A stretch of DNA of 64,000 nucleotides from Schmidtea polychroa (Eukaryota), in NCBI GenBank assembly GCA_044892525.1, contig CM097885.1:40674001-40738000 (forward strand). Reading direction: 5' to 3'. The number at the start of each line of letters is the position of its first letter. Position 1 is the stretch's first letter. A program made the position numbers and the translations under genes. Shown here piece after piece: positions 13,529 through 25,398 of the stretch. Under the pieces are notes generated by a model. It saw only the letters and a list, made by a program, of their open reading frames with translations, did no database searches and was not told the origin of the DNA.

Positions 13529-13960
13529 ATGAAGGCTGTTCCAAGTATATTGGATTTTTTAAAAACATTTGGAATAAATGCAAAAACAAATTTTGATTTA
13601 AAAGATTATGCAGATTATTTAAATTTAAAAATTAAAATATTAATGAATGATGAATTGTCAAGTCTGAAAGGACTAAAGGATAATATAATAATCAATTATC
13701 AAGATTCAAATGAAAAATGATCTCATTGGGTTTGTATATATAATAAATCTATATACTTTGATTCTTTTGGGATTAAACCCACTAAAGAAGTAGAAGACTG
13801 TATAAAGTCCCAATATATTTTTACTTCTTTACAAGTTCAACCTAATAATACTAAAATATGTGGGGTTTTAAGTTTATATGTTTTGTATAGATTGAATGCA
13901 TCCAAGGGGGCTCTTTTGAATCTATAATCCAAGAAATTTATAATGATCTAAAACCTCTAT
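13529..13960 (+). pseudogene. Adenain-like cysteine protease
   Basis: IINYQDSNEK*SHWVCI..YFDSFG..QVQP..ICG gives the H, D, Q, C catalytic order; internal stops. Confidence 0.8.
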
Positions 13961-13988
13961 TAAAAAAAAGGAAGATAATTTAAAAAAA

Positions 13989-14702
13989 ATGGTAAACATA
14001 ATGTCAGATAAATATTCAAGAAGTTTATTAATAAATTCAAATGAATCAGATTTTAGTATAACCTTTGAAGATTCTATAAATTTAGATCAAGATTTAAATT
14101 ATGAATTAGGACTCTTGTGGTTTAGCTGTTTTAATACTATTTTTAATATAAATATTAATAATAATAAATTTAATATGTTTAAACCTCATGTAGAATACGA
14201 CATTAGAATAATCGAACCAGGAGCATATGAATTAACAGATTTGGCTAAAGCAATTCTAAAAGAAACAAATGGAGCTGTAGAAATAAAAATAGATATTCAA
14301 ACTTCAAAATGTATTGCAACTTTTAAAAATCTTGGACTTGGTATTGAAGCTTCTAGTTTCTTTCATACTATTTTAGGTTTTGAAGTTGGAGAATATAGAC
14401 AATCACCTATTAAATCTAAAAATATTATACAAATAACAAATATAAATTCTATAAATATAGAGTGTGATTGTATAATGGGATCATATAATAATGGTAAACA
14501 TGCAAATATTTTATATTCCTTTCCTTCCAATGTTGTTCGAGTTGGATATAAAATGGTTGAAAGAATGAATACCCCAAATTATTTACCTTTATGTAGAAAA
14601 AACCTAATGGATATTCATTTCAGAATTGTTGATGAAAATGGAGAATTAATTAATTTTAACGGAGAAAAGATTTCAATGTGTTTACATTTGAAACAAGTTT
14701 AG
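13989..14702 (+). CDS. Minor capsid (penton-like) protein
   Basis: Intact 237-aa ORF with IEPGAYELTDL, SINIECDCIMGSY.NG..ILYSF and IVDENGELINFNGE motifs. Confidence 0.75.
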   Translation: MVNIMSDKYSRSLLINSNESDFSITFEDSINLDQDLNYELGLLWFSCFNTIFNININNNKFNMFKPHVEYDIRIIEPGAYELTDLAKAILKETNGAVEIKIDIQTSKCIATFKNLGLGIEASSFFHTILGFEVGEYRQSPIKSKNIIQITNINSINIECDCIMGSYNNGKHANILYSFPSNVVRVGYKMVERMNTPNYLPLCRKNLMDIHFRIVDENGELINFNGEKISMCLHLKQV

Positions 14703-14711
14703 ACTATAAAA

Positions 14712-15722
14712 ATGAATTATAATAAATTAGGATTATATAATGATGGACTAAAAGATGAAGATGTTATAAACCTTACAGAAAAAAGATTTATTAATGAAGT
14801 AGGAGATTCAATGAAGGGAGATTTAAATTTAAATGCTCACAAGATAAAAGATTTAGGTCCTCCGATTGATGACTTTGATGCAACTAATAAAAAATATGTA
14901 GATGAAAATCTTAAAAATTATACTGATATAACAACAACAAGAATTGAAAGTTCATTAACAACAAAAATTGATTCAATGGGAACCGAGGTTAATGCCTTGA
15001 TAGAATCCAAGCTTAATAATATCGAACAACAATTTAATGATAAATTTGACAAGTTACAAAGTTTGTTAACTGAACAAGTTGTAAAGTTAAATACTACCAT
15101 ATTAAATTCTAAAGATAAACAAATTATGAATACTAAATTTAATACAATATATAATATAATAAATGAGATGATTGCATCATTTAATGTAAGACTTGTTAAA
15201 TTAGAGTCTCATACAACACACATTAACACAACACACACTATTAGAAAAAGAGCTGCTGAATTAGAACAGAATAATACATTATTACCCATTAGATATAAAC
15301 ATTTTATAGAACCAACTTTAATAACAACAAATAGTAAAGAATGGTCTTGTTTTATGGTTGTAAAGATTATTGATCCTTATTTCTTTTTATTTAATGATGA
15401 TGGTGAAACAATGAAATGGTTTGTAAAATGTGATTATAATAGTAAGTTTGAAAAGGGTGATGTTATAATAACTGCTTATGATTTTCCACATGGACATTGG
15501 CATGATAAAACTGATTCACATAAAACACATAAAGTTAAAAGTAAGAATATTATTTTTAAAAGCACACTTGTAAGTTATATAGATTTAATATTTTATGAAA
15601 AAAAGGTTGATGTTGATGAAGTTCGTAAAGCGTTGATAGAATTGTATAAAGACATTCTCTCAAAAAGAGCTTCTTATGATATCCGAGTATTGGTACCAGA
15701 TAATAAAGTCTTATTTTTTTAA
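14712..15722 (+). CDS. Fibre-like protein with N-terminal attachment repeat and coiled coil
   Basis: GDSMKGDLNLNAHKIKDLGPP...DATNKKYVD motif seen in viral fibre proteins; position directly after the penton. Confidence 0.55.
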   Translation: MNYNKLGLYNDGLKDEDVINLTEKRFINEVGDSMKGDLNLNAHKIKDLGPPIDDFDATNKKYVDENLKNYTDITTTRIESSLTTKIDSMGTEVNALIESKLNNIEQQFNDKFDKLQSLLTEQVVKLNTTILNSKDKQIMNTKFNTIYNIINEMIASFNVRLVKLESHTTHINTTHTIRKRAAELEQNNTLLPIRYKHFIEPTLITTNSKEWSCFMVVKIIDPYFFLFNDDGETMKWFVKCDYNSKFEKGDVIITAYDFPHGHWHDKTDSHKTHKVKSKNIIFKSTLVSYIDLIFYEKKVDVDEVRKALIELYKDILSKRASYDIRVLVPDNKVLFF

Positions 15723-15730
15723 TTATTAAA

Positions 15731-17007
15731 ATGGAAGTACGAAGTCCAGAAGTACAAAGTCCAATAGTACAATATCCAAAGATTCCATCAGCTCCTACAG
15801 AACTTGAAGTCATGAGAGTAAAAGAATTTAAATCAGAAACTTTACATTTACAAGACTTACTGAAGCATTATAAAAAAATTAAAAAAAGATGGAATAAAGG
15901 GAATACAGCTTTAAAGATTATAGGTTACTCCTTCGGATTTACATCTGCAATACTTACAATTGTTTTACCTATAACTTTACCAGTTGTTACTCTTGCACCC
16001 GTAATACTTGGAAGTATTTCTGTTGCAGATTCTTTCTTGACTGAAATACTTTCTTTATGGTTAATTTTAGTTGATCTCGCGTCTGTGTGCGCTTTTCTTT
16101 TCTTTGTTTTTGGCTGTGTGCGCACACAAACGCGAGCAAGAGGTATTTTGAATTTATGGTTAATTAAGTTGTTGATTTTTGATTTTAGAATTTTATTAGG
16201 TTTTTGTGTGATTGTATTTGATGGCAATGGAAATCTTCTTTGTTTATTGAGTTTTATTTCGATTGGGTTTTTTTGGAAATTACAATGGCAACATCTAAAT
16301 ATAACGGGGATTGATGGATCTCGATGATTTAGTGGCAAGGTTGAATGGAACCCGCAGCAAAATGGAAAGAGAAACTATTTGTAAAGACGATGTTATCAGA
16401 TCTGTCAAATCTATTAAAATTCTGGGTAATGAATTTTCTCTAATCACATCATCTCGAGACCGGCAATTAGTTCAATCTGTACCTGGTGAATTGAATATGG
16501 ATCAAACAAATTTGTTGAAATGTGCTCAAGATCAAAATGGCCGAATCGATATTGTTTTGTGTTCAGAAAGAAATAATATGAGATCAAATTTATGTGTAGC
16601 TACACGAAGACAGGTTCCAGATAAAATGATTGAGAAGAGTTCAGCTACAAGATTGTTTAATATTACTGAAAGTACTGGAAGTGTTATGACTGGTATGGAC
16701 ACGGAAAAATTGTTATTATGCTGCAATAAAATGTTAATGTGTTATTATGAATTCGCGAATGAACACTTTATCTTATACTTCAAAAAAGAAAAGTTTATAT
16801 CGTGAAATTTGTCTGACAATAGACTTGGGGATATCAAAATTATTTTTATTTCAATTAAAAGCCTTGGAAGATGGAATCCTAACAGATGAAGAAATAACGA
16901 AATCAAATCAAATAATAAGGGATATTAAAAATGAAGTTATAAAGTTGAAAACTAATGAATATTCTAAAAAAATACAACGAGAGAAATGGTTAAAGACTTC
17001 ATCGTAA
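15731..17007 (+). pseudogene. Polinton membrane protein (possibly the adintovirus GasderminX-type ORF) split by a solo LTR
   Basis: Removing 16058-16770 restores ..FLTEILSL|SYTSKKKSLY..KALEDGILTDEE; hydrophobic core; family name tentative. Confidence 0.55.
16058..16765 (+). mobile_element. Solo LTR of the BEL-like family carrying SNF8 and proteasome alpha1 fragments (divergent variant)
   Basis: TG...CA ends, 5-bp TSD CTTTA (16053-16057, 16766-16770); homologous to LTRs 18556-19368 and 22424-23236. Confidence 0.92.
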
Positions 17008-17042
17008 GACTTCGTAAGACTATATAATTTTTAATTTAAAAA

Positions 17043-17255
17043 ATGGAAGAAATAATGAAATCTAGGTTGAATGATTTTAGAAGTTTATCATTAGAGGATA
17101 AAATTAGAATAGGGGAAAAGTGTTACATCTTTTATCTTGTAGGGAATAATGACTTTGATTATTTAAATAAAATAACTAAATTTCAATCTTTATCTCCTCG
17201 AGACCAAATAATAAGAGGAGAATATTATTTTGCTTTATTTCCTCAACTGATTTAA
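17043..17255 (+). CDS. Small hypothetical viral ORF with an internal repeat
   Basis: ATG-initiated 70 aa, co-oriented; FRSLSLEDKIRIGE / FQSLSPRDQIIRGE repeat. Confidence 0.4.
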   Translation: MEEIMKSRLNDFRSLSLEDKIRIGEKCYIFYLVGNNDFDYLNKITKFQSLSPRDQIIRGEYYFALFPQLI

Positions 17256-17349
17256 AGATTAAAGGATAGAGGAACAAGGATTAAGAAATTAAACATATAA
17301 AAATGGATGTCTCTATAAAAAAATTGAACAGCTTTCAATAATTGATATT

Positions 17350-18510
17350 TCAGTTATTTTTAAGCATTAAGAATGACTTTCCTTCATGAATGACTGAAGA
17401 TGATATGGTTTTAACGTCTAAGATGTAATCATTTAGGTTTATAGGATTTTGTTCTATATCTAATTCTATATAATCATTTCGACTTTCAGGGTAAAGTATT
17501 CGAAGTTCATACAGTTGAAGATTTGAAATGTTCTTTAAATTTTTTATATGAGGAATCATATCATTTCCAATTGGAAGTGTCTTTTTTAAATCTGATAAAA
17601 TATACCTCTTATCATCATAATTAGATAATGATATTTTATTTGATTCTTCTAAATACATGTTATGCTTTTCAGATTTAAGTTGATGAACCTCAACTATTTT
17701 ATCTGGTTGATTTTTATTTAGAATATCCTTATAGTCTTGATGGGGTATAGTTCTAGAAACTGATTTCTGTATACCTTTATTTTTATTATCTTTAGATGTT
17801 ACAAGTTTTAATACTAGTATATCAAATGTTTGATCCATGATTTTAATTGAATGGGTTTCAGTCTTTGGGGCTTCAATCATTTCTAGTGAATATTGTTTGG
17901 CTCTAATAAATACAGCATCAATTATTGGAGTATTTGGTTTTTCATCTTTAAAGGTGAATAATTCTCCAGATGAATTTATTAAATTCCTTAGGATTTCATT
18001 TTCAGATATTTCCTCTTTTAGGTTTTTAGTATATATTTTTAAAAACATACTATCAGTATCCATTGCATGCATTGATATTCTATTTTTAAAATGTGGTAGT
18101 AGTATATCATAATAGGTTTCATACATTTGAAGTTTTGATAATTCTATAATGGTAAAACCTATAAAGATTGGTTTGTTATAAGTCTTTTCACTATTTTTTA
18201 GTTCAATGGCTACAAGGTTCTCGGAGAATACTTCCGCATTTTTAAATGTAGGTTTTAAAAGCATTCGATTGTATCTGTTAAAGTCTTTGGGACTATTTGT
18301 CAATAATTCTACACGAGTATATTTGTCAACATTTTCCATTGTCTTTCCAAAGACTGAATTATTTAAAAGTTTATAAATCATATCGAGGAAAGCGTTTCCA
18401 TTTCTTTTTGCTTCATTCCTAGATATATTCCTGGATATCCACCTGAATGAACTTATCAATTGGAAGGTATTGAGTCATTATTCCTGAATATAAAGCTGTT
18501 GCATCTATAT
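17350..18510 (-). pseudogene. pPolB family A, C-terminal half (starts in motif A), internally deleted
   Basis: From 18510: (Y)IDATALYSGIMTQYLPIDKF, then YKLLNNSVFGKTMEN, MDTDSMF, RAKQYS, KGI, DDKRY. Confidence 0.92.
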
Positions 18511-18555
18511 TAGGGTTGTTAATATCGGTTTTTCGAGCAATCCGATTATCGTTTG

Positions 18556-19368
18556 TGTTCATTCGCGAATTCATAATAATCATAATAATCACACATAATC
18601 ATTTTATTTTCATATACATGTTTATATCTACATCGAGCTGCTTCCATTTGTGCACGACATACTTGAGATCGATAATCAGGGATCATAGCAGTCATAACAC
18701 CTCCAGTACTTTCAGTAATATTAAACAATCTCGTAGCGGAACTCTTCTCAATCATTTTATTTGGAACCTGTCTTTGTGTAGCTACACATAAATTTGATCT
18801 CATATTATTCCTTTCTGAACACAAAACAATATCGATTCGGCCATTTTGATCTTGAGCACATTTCAACAAATTTGTTTGATCCATATTCAATTCACCAGGT
18901 ACAGATTGAACTAATTGTCGGTCTCGAGATAATGTGATTAGAGAGAATCCATTATCCAGAACTTTAAGAGATTTGCTAGATCTGATAACATCGTCTTTAC
19001 AAATAGTTTCTATTTCCATTTTGCTGCGGGTTCTATTCAACCTTGCCATTAAATCATCGAGATCCATCAATTCCCCGTTATATTTAGATTCATAATTTGT
19101 AACTTTGTTACTTTCCATAAATTCCAACCAAAATCGAAGAGAACTCCTTCAACAAACTTCAATTCAACCTTAAATCCATTCGAAATCTATAAATCTCTTG
19201 CTCGCGTCTGTGTGTGCACACAGCCAAAAACAAAGAAAAGAAAAGCGCACACAGACGCGAGGATCGGATTAAAAATTTCCACTTTCTCCATTTTACGCGT
19301 CTGTGTGCGCACACAACCAACACAAAGAAAAAAGCGCACACAGACGCGAAACAACTAATAATTCACCA
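18556..19368 (-). repeat. 3' LTR (contains SNF8 + proteasome alpha1 fragments)
   Basis: Direct repeat of 22424-23236. Confidence 0.95.
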
Positions 19369-19380
19369 TCCTCCCCCCCT
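19369..19380 (-). other. Polypurine tract
   Basis: AGGGGGGGAGGA immediately before the 3' LTR. Confidence 0.9.
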
Positions 19381-19554
19381 TGACACCTTAGTGTCAATCT
19401 CAAATCCCCATCAGCTTCTCCTTCTTCTTTTATACTCAAACATACTTTGAAGATACATTCCCGTGTCAGTTTATTCCTTTTCCCCTTCATTTCTTGCACT
19501 TCCCTCGCCATTTTATCCCTTTTCCCTTTCATTTTCTGCATTTCCCTCACCATT

Positions 19555-22500
19555 TCATCCCTTTCCCCCTTCATTTCCTGCATTATGGCTCAATCTCCAA
19601 TAACCCTCACAAACCCATCTTTGTATTATATAAGCCGCCGCGCCACGCACCTTTTTTGAAAGATCGTTGTGGATTCTCCATCCACCAACGCCATACTCGG
19701 CCAAGCAGCTGTCCATGTTCAGTTTGTTTAGGTGTAATCTCTCCATTATTATTTCTCCATTTTTCGCCAATTCCATATTCCACACTTTTTCCTGTTGCAT
19801 TTCATTTTGTGACCAGTTTTCACTTAATGTTTTTACAAGCATCCTACCAAGTGGTTCTTTGATTGCTTCGTGTTTCGATTCCCCAATCGACACCTTGTCT
19901 TTCATGTGCATCTTTAGAGGCGGGCAAGCGAGTTCCAGTGATCCTTGTTGTTTGAAACTGTTCGATGATTCGTTCAATTTTTCCAAAACTTCCTTGGCCC
20001 CTTGATCATTATCACGTACAGTTTCCCATGATTTCCCATATACCATACTGGTCTCCTTGTTTTGCCTCTCCCCTCTGGAGTCTTCTGCCCCTTTTACATT
20101 ATCACGTTCTTCTTTTAATCGATTAACTTCCCCTTCGTCGACCTGCATATCATTAACCGCCGCCTCGGGCGTTAACTCCTCTGATTCTGGTTTGTCTTTT
20201 TCCCAATTACTCATCACTTCCGTTGTCTTCGGTTCCACAATTTTATCGTCGGATAATTTTATGATCTCACCAGCCCGGCAAGCCTCATCTTGCTTTTTCC
20301 CTGTATTCATTTTTCCTTGAACATTTTGTGTCATTGTCATAACGTTAAATAATTCGTTAGTTCTTCCAGAATTGAATATTTGCCCATCTAAATGACTCTG
20401 AGCTCCTTGCTCTTCATTAGATGCCTTACTCCTGTCGAGTGGCGTGTCCTCCATTCCTCGAGATGCGCGTAACTCGTCATTGAACATTTCAGTTACCGCA
20501 AAATAACTCTGACCCGTCCTCATTGATGCGTTTTCATTTAGTAATTCGTTGTGTCTCTGCTTACATCCGGTAACCTTGCAGAAAGATTCTTTACGACATT
20601 CCTTGGCCATGTGATTTCTTTTGAAGCAATTCCTGCACAGTTTCTTTTCTTCGATGACTCTCTTCCTTTCTGAAATTGTGAGTTGCTTAAACTTGTCACA
20701 TTGGTCTAGGTAATGTTGACCACCACATTGTACACACTCTGATCTATAGCCGTTAGAGTTATTCACCTGTATAACCGTTCCACTTTTAACTCTGCCATCT
20801 GGTTGCCCCGTAAAATGCGTCCAACCTCCTGGATTGAAGCTTTCTCTGTCTCTAGACACACCTTCTACTCTTGACACATCATAAGCCCTGGTGCATGGTT
20901 GAGTCCCATACACAACCTCGTTAGTGGACCTTAGGATCTCCGCTTCTTGTTGTATCCATCTTCTCAAATCCTCTATCGTCTCCCGCAATTCCTTTTCTAT
21001 TTTCTCTTTCTTCCATTTATACACAAGATCCGTTGTTAACTTGCCCAAACACTTTTGAAAAAGATATCCAGTCTTTAACTCGGATTCTTTCCCAGTGGAT
21101 TTAAATCGCACGGTGACTGTTTCTAATAATCCAACAAATAAGTCTAGATCCTTCAAATCTCCTTCTCGAATTGGCCTGAACTGGTCCATCTCCTCAAACA
21201 TTGATAAATATATCCTTTCATCCCCACCATATCGCCTATCCAACTTCTCTTTTGCCATTTGATAAGCCTCTGCTGAATATCCAAGATTTTCAATTAACTT
21301 TAATGGCTCTCCGTGAAGGTACTGGTGCAGGTGAAACATCTTTTCAACCTCATCACCTTCCGCTTCGTCAACACACGCCGTAAAAGCTGCTTTCCATGGT
21401 TCGTACTCTTTCATCTTGCCTTCAAAGACCGGTATTGTAATTTTCTGTAGACTTTCCAGTTTTCTTTTATGCCCGGAATTATTCTTCTTGATGGTATCAT
21501 CATTCCCCTTTTCCTTCTTTTCCATAAAAGATTGATTTGCTTTTCTTTCCATCAATGCCCCAATTATTTGATGTTTTTCCTCGATCTCCTGCAGGTCTTT
21601 ATCTAAGATTGCAGTGATGTCCAATCTATGCAATTTTTCACTGATCGTTCTTAGATCTCTTAATTCTTCATCTAGACTCTCCTTTATATCTTCATATTCC
21701 TCCAACCATTTGCTAACATCCTTACCCTTTATATCATTCAGAATCTTGTTTCTCCATCTCGTTAATTTTCCTTTTTTCATTCTCTTTTTCCACATTTCTT
21801 CTTCTAAAATCTCTTCGTCATTGCCACCGCACAGCCTAAGTGACAAATGAAGTGTCGACCCTACTTGTATCCTATAATCATTCAATCTTCTTTTATTTTC
21901 TAACTGCTTTCCTGCGTATACTAACGTTTGATAATTTTCCGGAATTCCTTCTTTGTCCTGGATTTTTCCTTTTATCTTTTCAATTGTGTCGTTCCATTTA
22001 ACGTCCAGAGTAATTGTCTTACCAGTAAGAGTCTTGACAAATATTTGATTTATACTTCCCCATCGCAACTCAAAACCCATTACCCCGCTCGCCCTCACCC
22101 TTGACTCAGATCTGTTCTTTACCCTGTTCCCCTGGCTTCCCCCTTTAAAAGAGTGCTGGGGCCCATAGCAGCACTTTCCCACGCTCGGTAGGGAAGGGAG
22201 GATGTTTAATTTTACAAAAGTATTATAATATATACATAATATGCATGAACAAGATTTTTTATAATACATATTAATTACCAAAATATTATTAATTACAAAG
22301 ATATTATTAAACACATAATAAACATAATATTTACATAAGATATATAAACCCAAAAAAGACAGTTTATAATACATTTTAATTACCTTGTTCCGGCTGGCTA
22401 GCCGGAACCACGCTCTGCTACCATGTTCATTCGCGAATTCATAATAATCATAATAATCACACATAATCATTTTATTTTCATATACATGTTTATATCTACA

Positions 22501-22986
22501 TCGAGCTGCTTCCATTTGTGCACGACATACTTGAGATCGATAATCAGGGATCATAGCAGTCATAACACCTCCAGTACTTTCAGTAATATTAAACAATCTC
22601 GTAGCGGAACTCTTCTCAATCATTTTATTTGGAACCTGTCTTTGTGTAGCTACACATAAATTTGATCTCATATTATTCCTTTCTGAACACAAAACAATAT
22701 CGATTCGGCCATTTTGATCTTGAGCACATTTCAACAAATTTGTTTGATCCATATTCAATTCACCAGGTACAGATTGAACTAATTGTCGGTCTCGAGATAA
22801 TGTGATTAGAGAGAATCCATTATCCAGAACTTTAAGAGATTTGCTAGATCTGATAACATCGTCTTTACAAATAGTTTCTATTTCCATTTTGCTGCGGGTT
22901 CTATTCAACCTTGCCATTAAATCATCGAGATCCATCAATTCCCCGTTATATTTAGATTCATAATTTGTAACTTTGTTACTTTCCAT
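19555..22986 (-). CDS. Chimeric ORF: SNF8 fragment - proteasome alpha1 fragment - leader - ubiquitin-like domain - BEL/Pao Gag - pol remnants
   Basis: Open frame from ATG 22986 (alternative ATG 22080); ubiquitin-like 22050-21823 ending LRLCGG; IPVFEG..W..F..K..L..L.GEP Gag core; knuckles [41 protein letters not shown]; RNase-H-like remnant [13 protein letters not shown]; no RT or integrase. Confidence 0.85.
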   Translation of the reverse strand: MESNKVTNYESKYNGELMDLDDLMARLNRTRSKMEIETICKDDVIRSSKSLKVLDNGFSLITLSRDRQLVQSVPGELNMDQTNLLKCAQDQNGRIDIVLCSERNNMRSNLCVATQRQVPNKMIEKSSATRLFNITESTGGVMTAMIPDYRSQVCRAQMEAARCRYKHVYENKMIMCDYYDYYEFANEHGSRAWFRLASRNKVIKMYYKLSFLGLYILCKYYVYYVFNNIFVINNILVINMYYKKSCSCILCIYYNTFVKLNILPSLPSVGKCCYGPQHSFKGGSQGNRVKNRSESRVRASGVMGFELRWGSINQIFVKTLTGKTITLDVKWNDTIEKIKGKIQDKEGIPENYQTLVYAGKQLENKRRLNDYRIQVGSTLHLSLRLCGGNDEEILEEEMWKKRMKKGKLTRWRNKILNDIKGKDVSKWLEEYEDIKESLDEELRDLRTISEKLHRLDITAILDKDLQEIEEKHQIIGALMERKANQSFMEKKEKGNDDTIKKNNSGHKRKLESLQKITIPVFEGKMKEYEPWKAAFTACVDEAEGDEVEKMFHLHQYLHGEPLKLIENLGYSAEAYQMAKEKLDRRYGGDERIYLSMFEEMDQFRPIREGDLKDLDLFVGLLETVTVRFKSTGKESELKTGYLFQKCLGKLTTDLVYKWKKEKIEKELRETIEDLRRWIQQEAEILRSTNEVVYGTQPCTRAYDVSRVEGVSRDRESFNPGGWTHFTGQPDGRVKSGTVIQVNNSNGYRSECVQCGGQHYLDQCDKFKQLTISERKRVIEEKKLCRNCFKRNHMAKECRKESFCKVTGCKQRHNELLNENASMRTGQSYFAVTEMFNDELRASRGMEDTPLDRSKASNEEQGAQSHLDGQIFNSGRTNELFNVMTMTQNVQGKMNTGKKQDEACRAGEIIKLSDDKIVEPKTTEVMSNWEKDKPESEELTPEAAVNDMQVDEGEVNRLKEERDNVKGAEDSRGERQNKETSMVYGKSWETVRDNDQGAKEVLEKLNESSNSFKQQGSLELACPPLKMHMKDKVSIGESKHEAIKEPLGRMLVKTLSENWSQNEMQQEKVWNMELAKNGEIIMERLHLNKLNMDSCLAEYGVGGWRIHNDLSKKVRGAAAYIIQRWVCEGYWRLSHNAGNEGGKG
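22406..22423 (-). other. Primer-binding site, initiator tRNA-Met
   Basis: TGGTAGCAGAGCGTGGTT directly after the 5' LTR, complementary to the ...CUCUGCUACCA 3' end of animal tRNA-iMet. Confidence 0.88.
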
Positions 22987-23236
22987 AAATTCCAACCAAA
23001 ATCGAAGAGAACTCCTTCAACAAACTTCAATTCAACCTTAAATCCATTCGAAATCGATAAATCTCTTGCTCGCGTCTGTGTGTGCACACAGCCAAAAACA
23101 AAGAAAAGAAAAGCGCACACAGACGCGAGGATCGGATTAAAAATTTCCACTTTCTCCATTTTACGCGTCTGTGTGCGCACACAACCAACACAAAGAAAAA
23201 AGCGCACACAGACGCGAAACAACTAATAATTCACCA
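22424..23236 (-). repeat. 5' LTR (SNF8 fragment about 22956-22702; proteasome alpha1 fragment about 22656-22477)
   Basis: [35 protein letters not shown] resembles SNF8/Vps22; [43 protein letters not shown] resembles PSMA6-type alpha1. Confidence 0.92.
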
Positions 23237-23683
23237 GTTTGTATAAATTCGATTTTAAACCGATTATCGTTTGCACTTTGCATAACCAAAGCTACTTACA
23301 TTATTACTATTCACGCACGTGTATAGTATAATTAGTTTTATTCAAAGTTTATACCACACACAAGGAGAATATGAACTGACTGTTTATGTAAAAAGTTAAA
23401 GCATATAAGTAAATTTGTTTTCAATTTCTTCGGTAATTTTCCCTGTATACACTAAAGTATAAATCAAAATAAAACTTTCCGGTGCTGCGGCGGCCTTATT
23501 TTAAAATTAAACATAAACATATCGAAACCATAGATATCAAAAACAAAGATTCCAAAGTGTAAACATTTAAAAGTAAGTACTAAATTCGATTTTATTTTTA
23601 AATATCAGACAAGTCCTGGTTCATATTCAAAAAGACCAAAGATTCTGCATGATCTGGAAGGAGCCGGTTACGAAGCTTGGTTA

Positions 23684-25398
23684 TCAGACGTCCAGTGGCC
23701 GAAAATAAACTCTTTCCGATTGCACTGAGGTTGCAGGAATGCATAAGAACTTCCGGGCAAGAATAGCTGTTTTGGGGAAAAGTTTCATATTATGTTTCCA
23801 CCACTCCAGGGCTGTTTCACTTGAGTTTGTCGACCATGATGATTTGACGTAATATTCAAAGTCGGATTCCTCTGGCGCCTGTTGTGCTGCACTATCACCA
23901 AGGAGAAACATAACTGCATCATGATTTGGTCGTGATCTTTTAGTTGGTGGGATCATGTTATCTTCATCCCGACTCGTCTTCGGCTGTTCGGGGCAATCTG
24001 GCAGCTGTCTGATGAGATGACGGACATTTTCATACGCCAGCTTTTTGAAATCGTCCGGAAATCCAGGAAGATGCTTATACATCGGATCGAGAATTGATGC
24101 AACAACGCATTCGTTTTTTGCTGTTTCATTATTTTCTAATCGAAAACGACGTGAAATATTCTTAGCAAGTTCTCTCTTAAATTCACCCATAATGTCAGAA
24201 TCTTCTTCTTTAATGGTTAAATGATTTTTCACGAGTCCCCATAACATGGGAAAAACACAAGAGGCTGATGGCTGGGTTTCGGCTGACATGACGGACGTCA
24301 CGATCTGCAACGCTTTTAAAACAAGGAGCAATTCAGTCATCAGTTGCCAATAATCGTCCTTCATGGCCAACGTTTTGGCATCGTTCAATTTCACCACGTT
24401 TTTGTCGCTCAATACTGCAACTACTGGCCATCTCAGTTCTACTAGTCGTTCAAACATGTCATAGACGCTGTTCCAACGAGTCTTACAGTGCTGAATAAGT
24501 TTTAGTGGCGTTTTATCCTTGTCCATGGACAACTGTCTTTTCAGGAGCTCCCCCGTTGCCATTGGGCTATGTGAGAAATGTCCGACTAGTCGTGCTGCAG
24601 CTGATATACATTTGGAAATTTGATGATCCGTGACAACATGGGAGCCCATTGCATTATTGATGCAAAGTTGCAATTTATGCGCCGCACAGTGAACGTCAAA
24701 CCATCCATTGAGATTGCCTGCATGATTGATGTTGGATGCACCATCATGGACACATGCAACAATTTTTTCTTTTATTGACCATTCATCAGCTATACTACAT
24801 AGATGGTCAGCAATGACGGCTTGTGTGTGGCGTTGAGTCATCAGAATTGTTCCAAGAACAGGCGTCATCATATTCCAGTCTGTATCAATGTAGCTTGCAG
24901 TAAAACTGAGATAAGCTTCATTGGTGACACTAGTCCAGATGTCGGTAGTGATCGCAATGTCCTTGACATTTTCATGGATATATTTCGACATTTTGACCAC
25001 TAAATTATTTTTCATTGCTGTTAGTCGTGCTGTCATCGTCTGACGACACGGAGGACGATATCCTGGCTCCACTATCGCCATCAATTCACGGAAGGATTTC
25101 GATTCCACGAGCGAAATTGCCAACATATTTTCAGAAATCAATCTCGCAACAGCAGCCGTAATTTTTTCCTGTTTACTACTCGGACAATTTCTTTGTGTTG
25201 TAATCAATGCAGTCAATCGTGTTTGAGTATTTGAAGATGTTATAATCCACCATGTTTGCTACGCAAATGTGCATGCAAACCAATCGTAGTACCTCCACTC
25301 CTACTTATTTGCTGTGCACAGAGCTTACATTGTGCCATCGTCGCCGAAATTTTATCAAAATTGTCCCAGACGTCAGACTTATTTATACGGAAACCCAT
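23684..25398 (-). pseudogene. hAT transposase (BED finger, ZBED1-like), 5' frameshift
   Basis: Near-identical to 32253-33968; indel near 25250. Confidence 0.9.

Larger units (their letters stand above)
8590..17255 (+). mobile_element. Degraded Polinton/Maverick (adintovirus-like) endogenous virus, family A
   Basis: Co-oriented pPolB, major capsid, PLA2-like/integrase, cysteine protease, minor capsid, fibre-like and membrane-protein ORFs; boundaries approximate, no packaging ATPase seen. Confidence 0.85.
18556..23236 (-). mobile_element. Non-autonomous BEL/Pao LTR retrotransposon, young insertion
   Basis: 813-bp LTRs 18556-19368 and 22424-23236 (one difference noticed), TG...CA ends, 5-bp TSD GTTTG (18551-18555, 23237-23241), PBS, PPT, BEL-type Gag. 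Confidence 0.95.

Noticed and set aside
15731..16327. 198-aa multi-TM ORF as listed
   Set aside because: The part after 16057 is read-through into the solo LTR
18546..19127. Genuine host SNF8 or proteasome gene
   Set aside because: Partial, fused and inside TSD-bounded LTRs
19447..21850. Plus-strand ORFs opposite Gag (and similar antisense ORFs opposite pPolB and transposases)
   Set aside because: Shadow frames with no recognisable motifs
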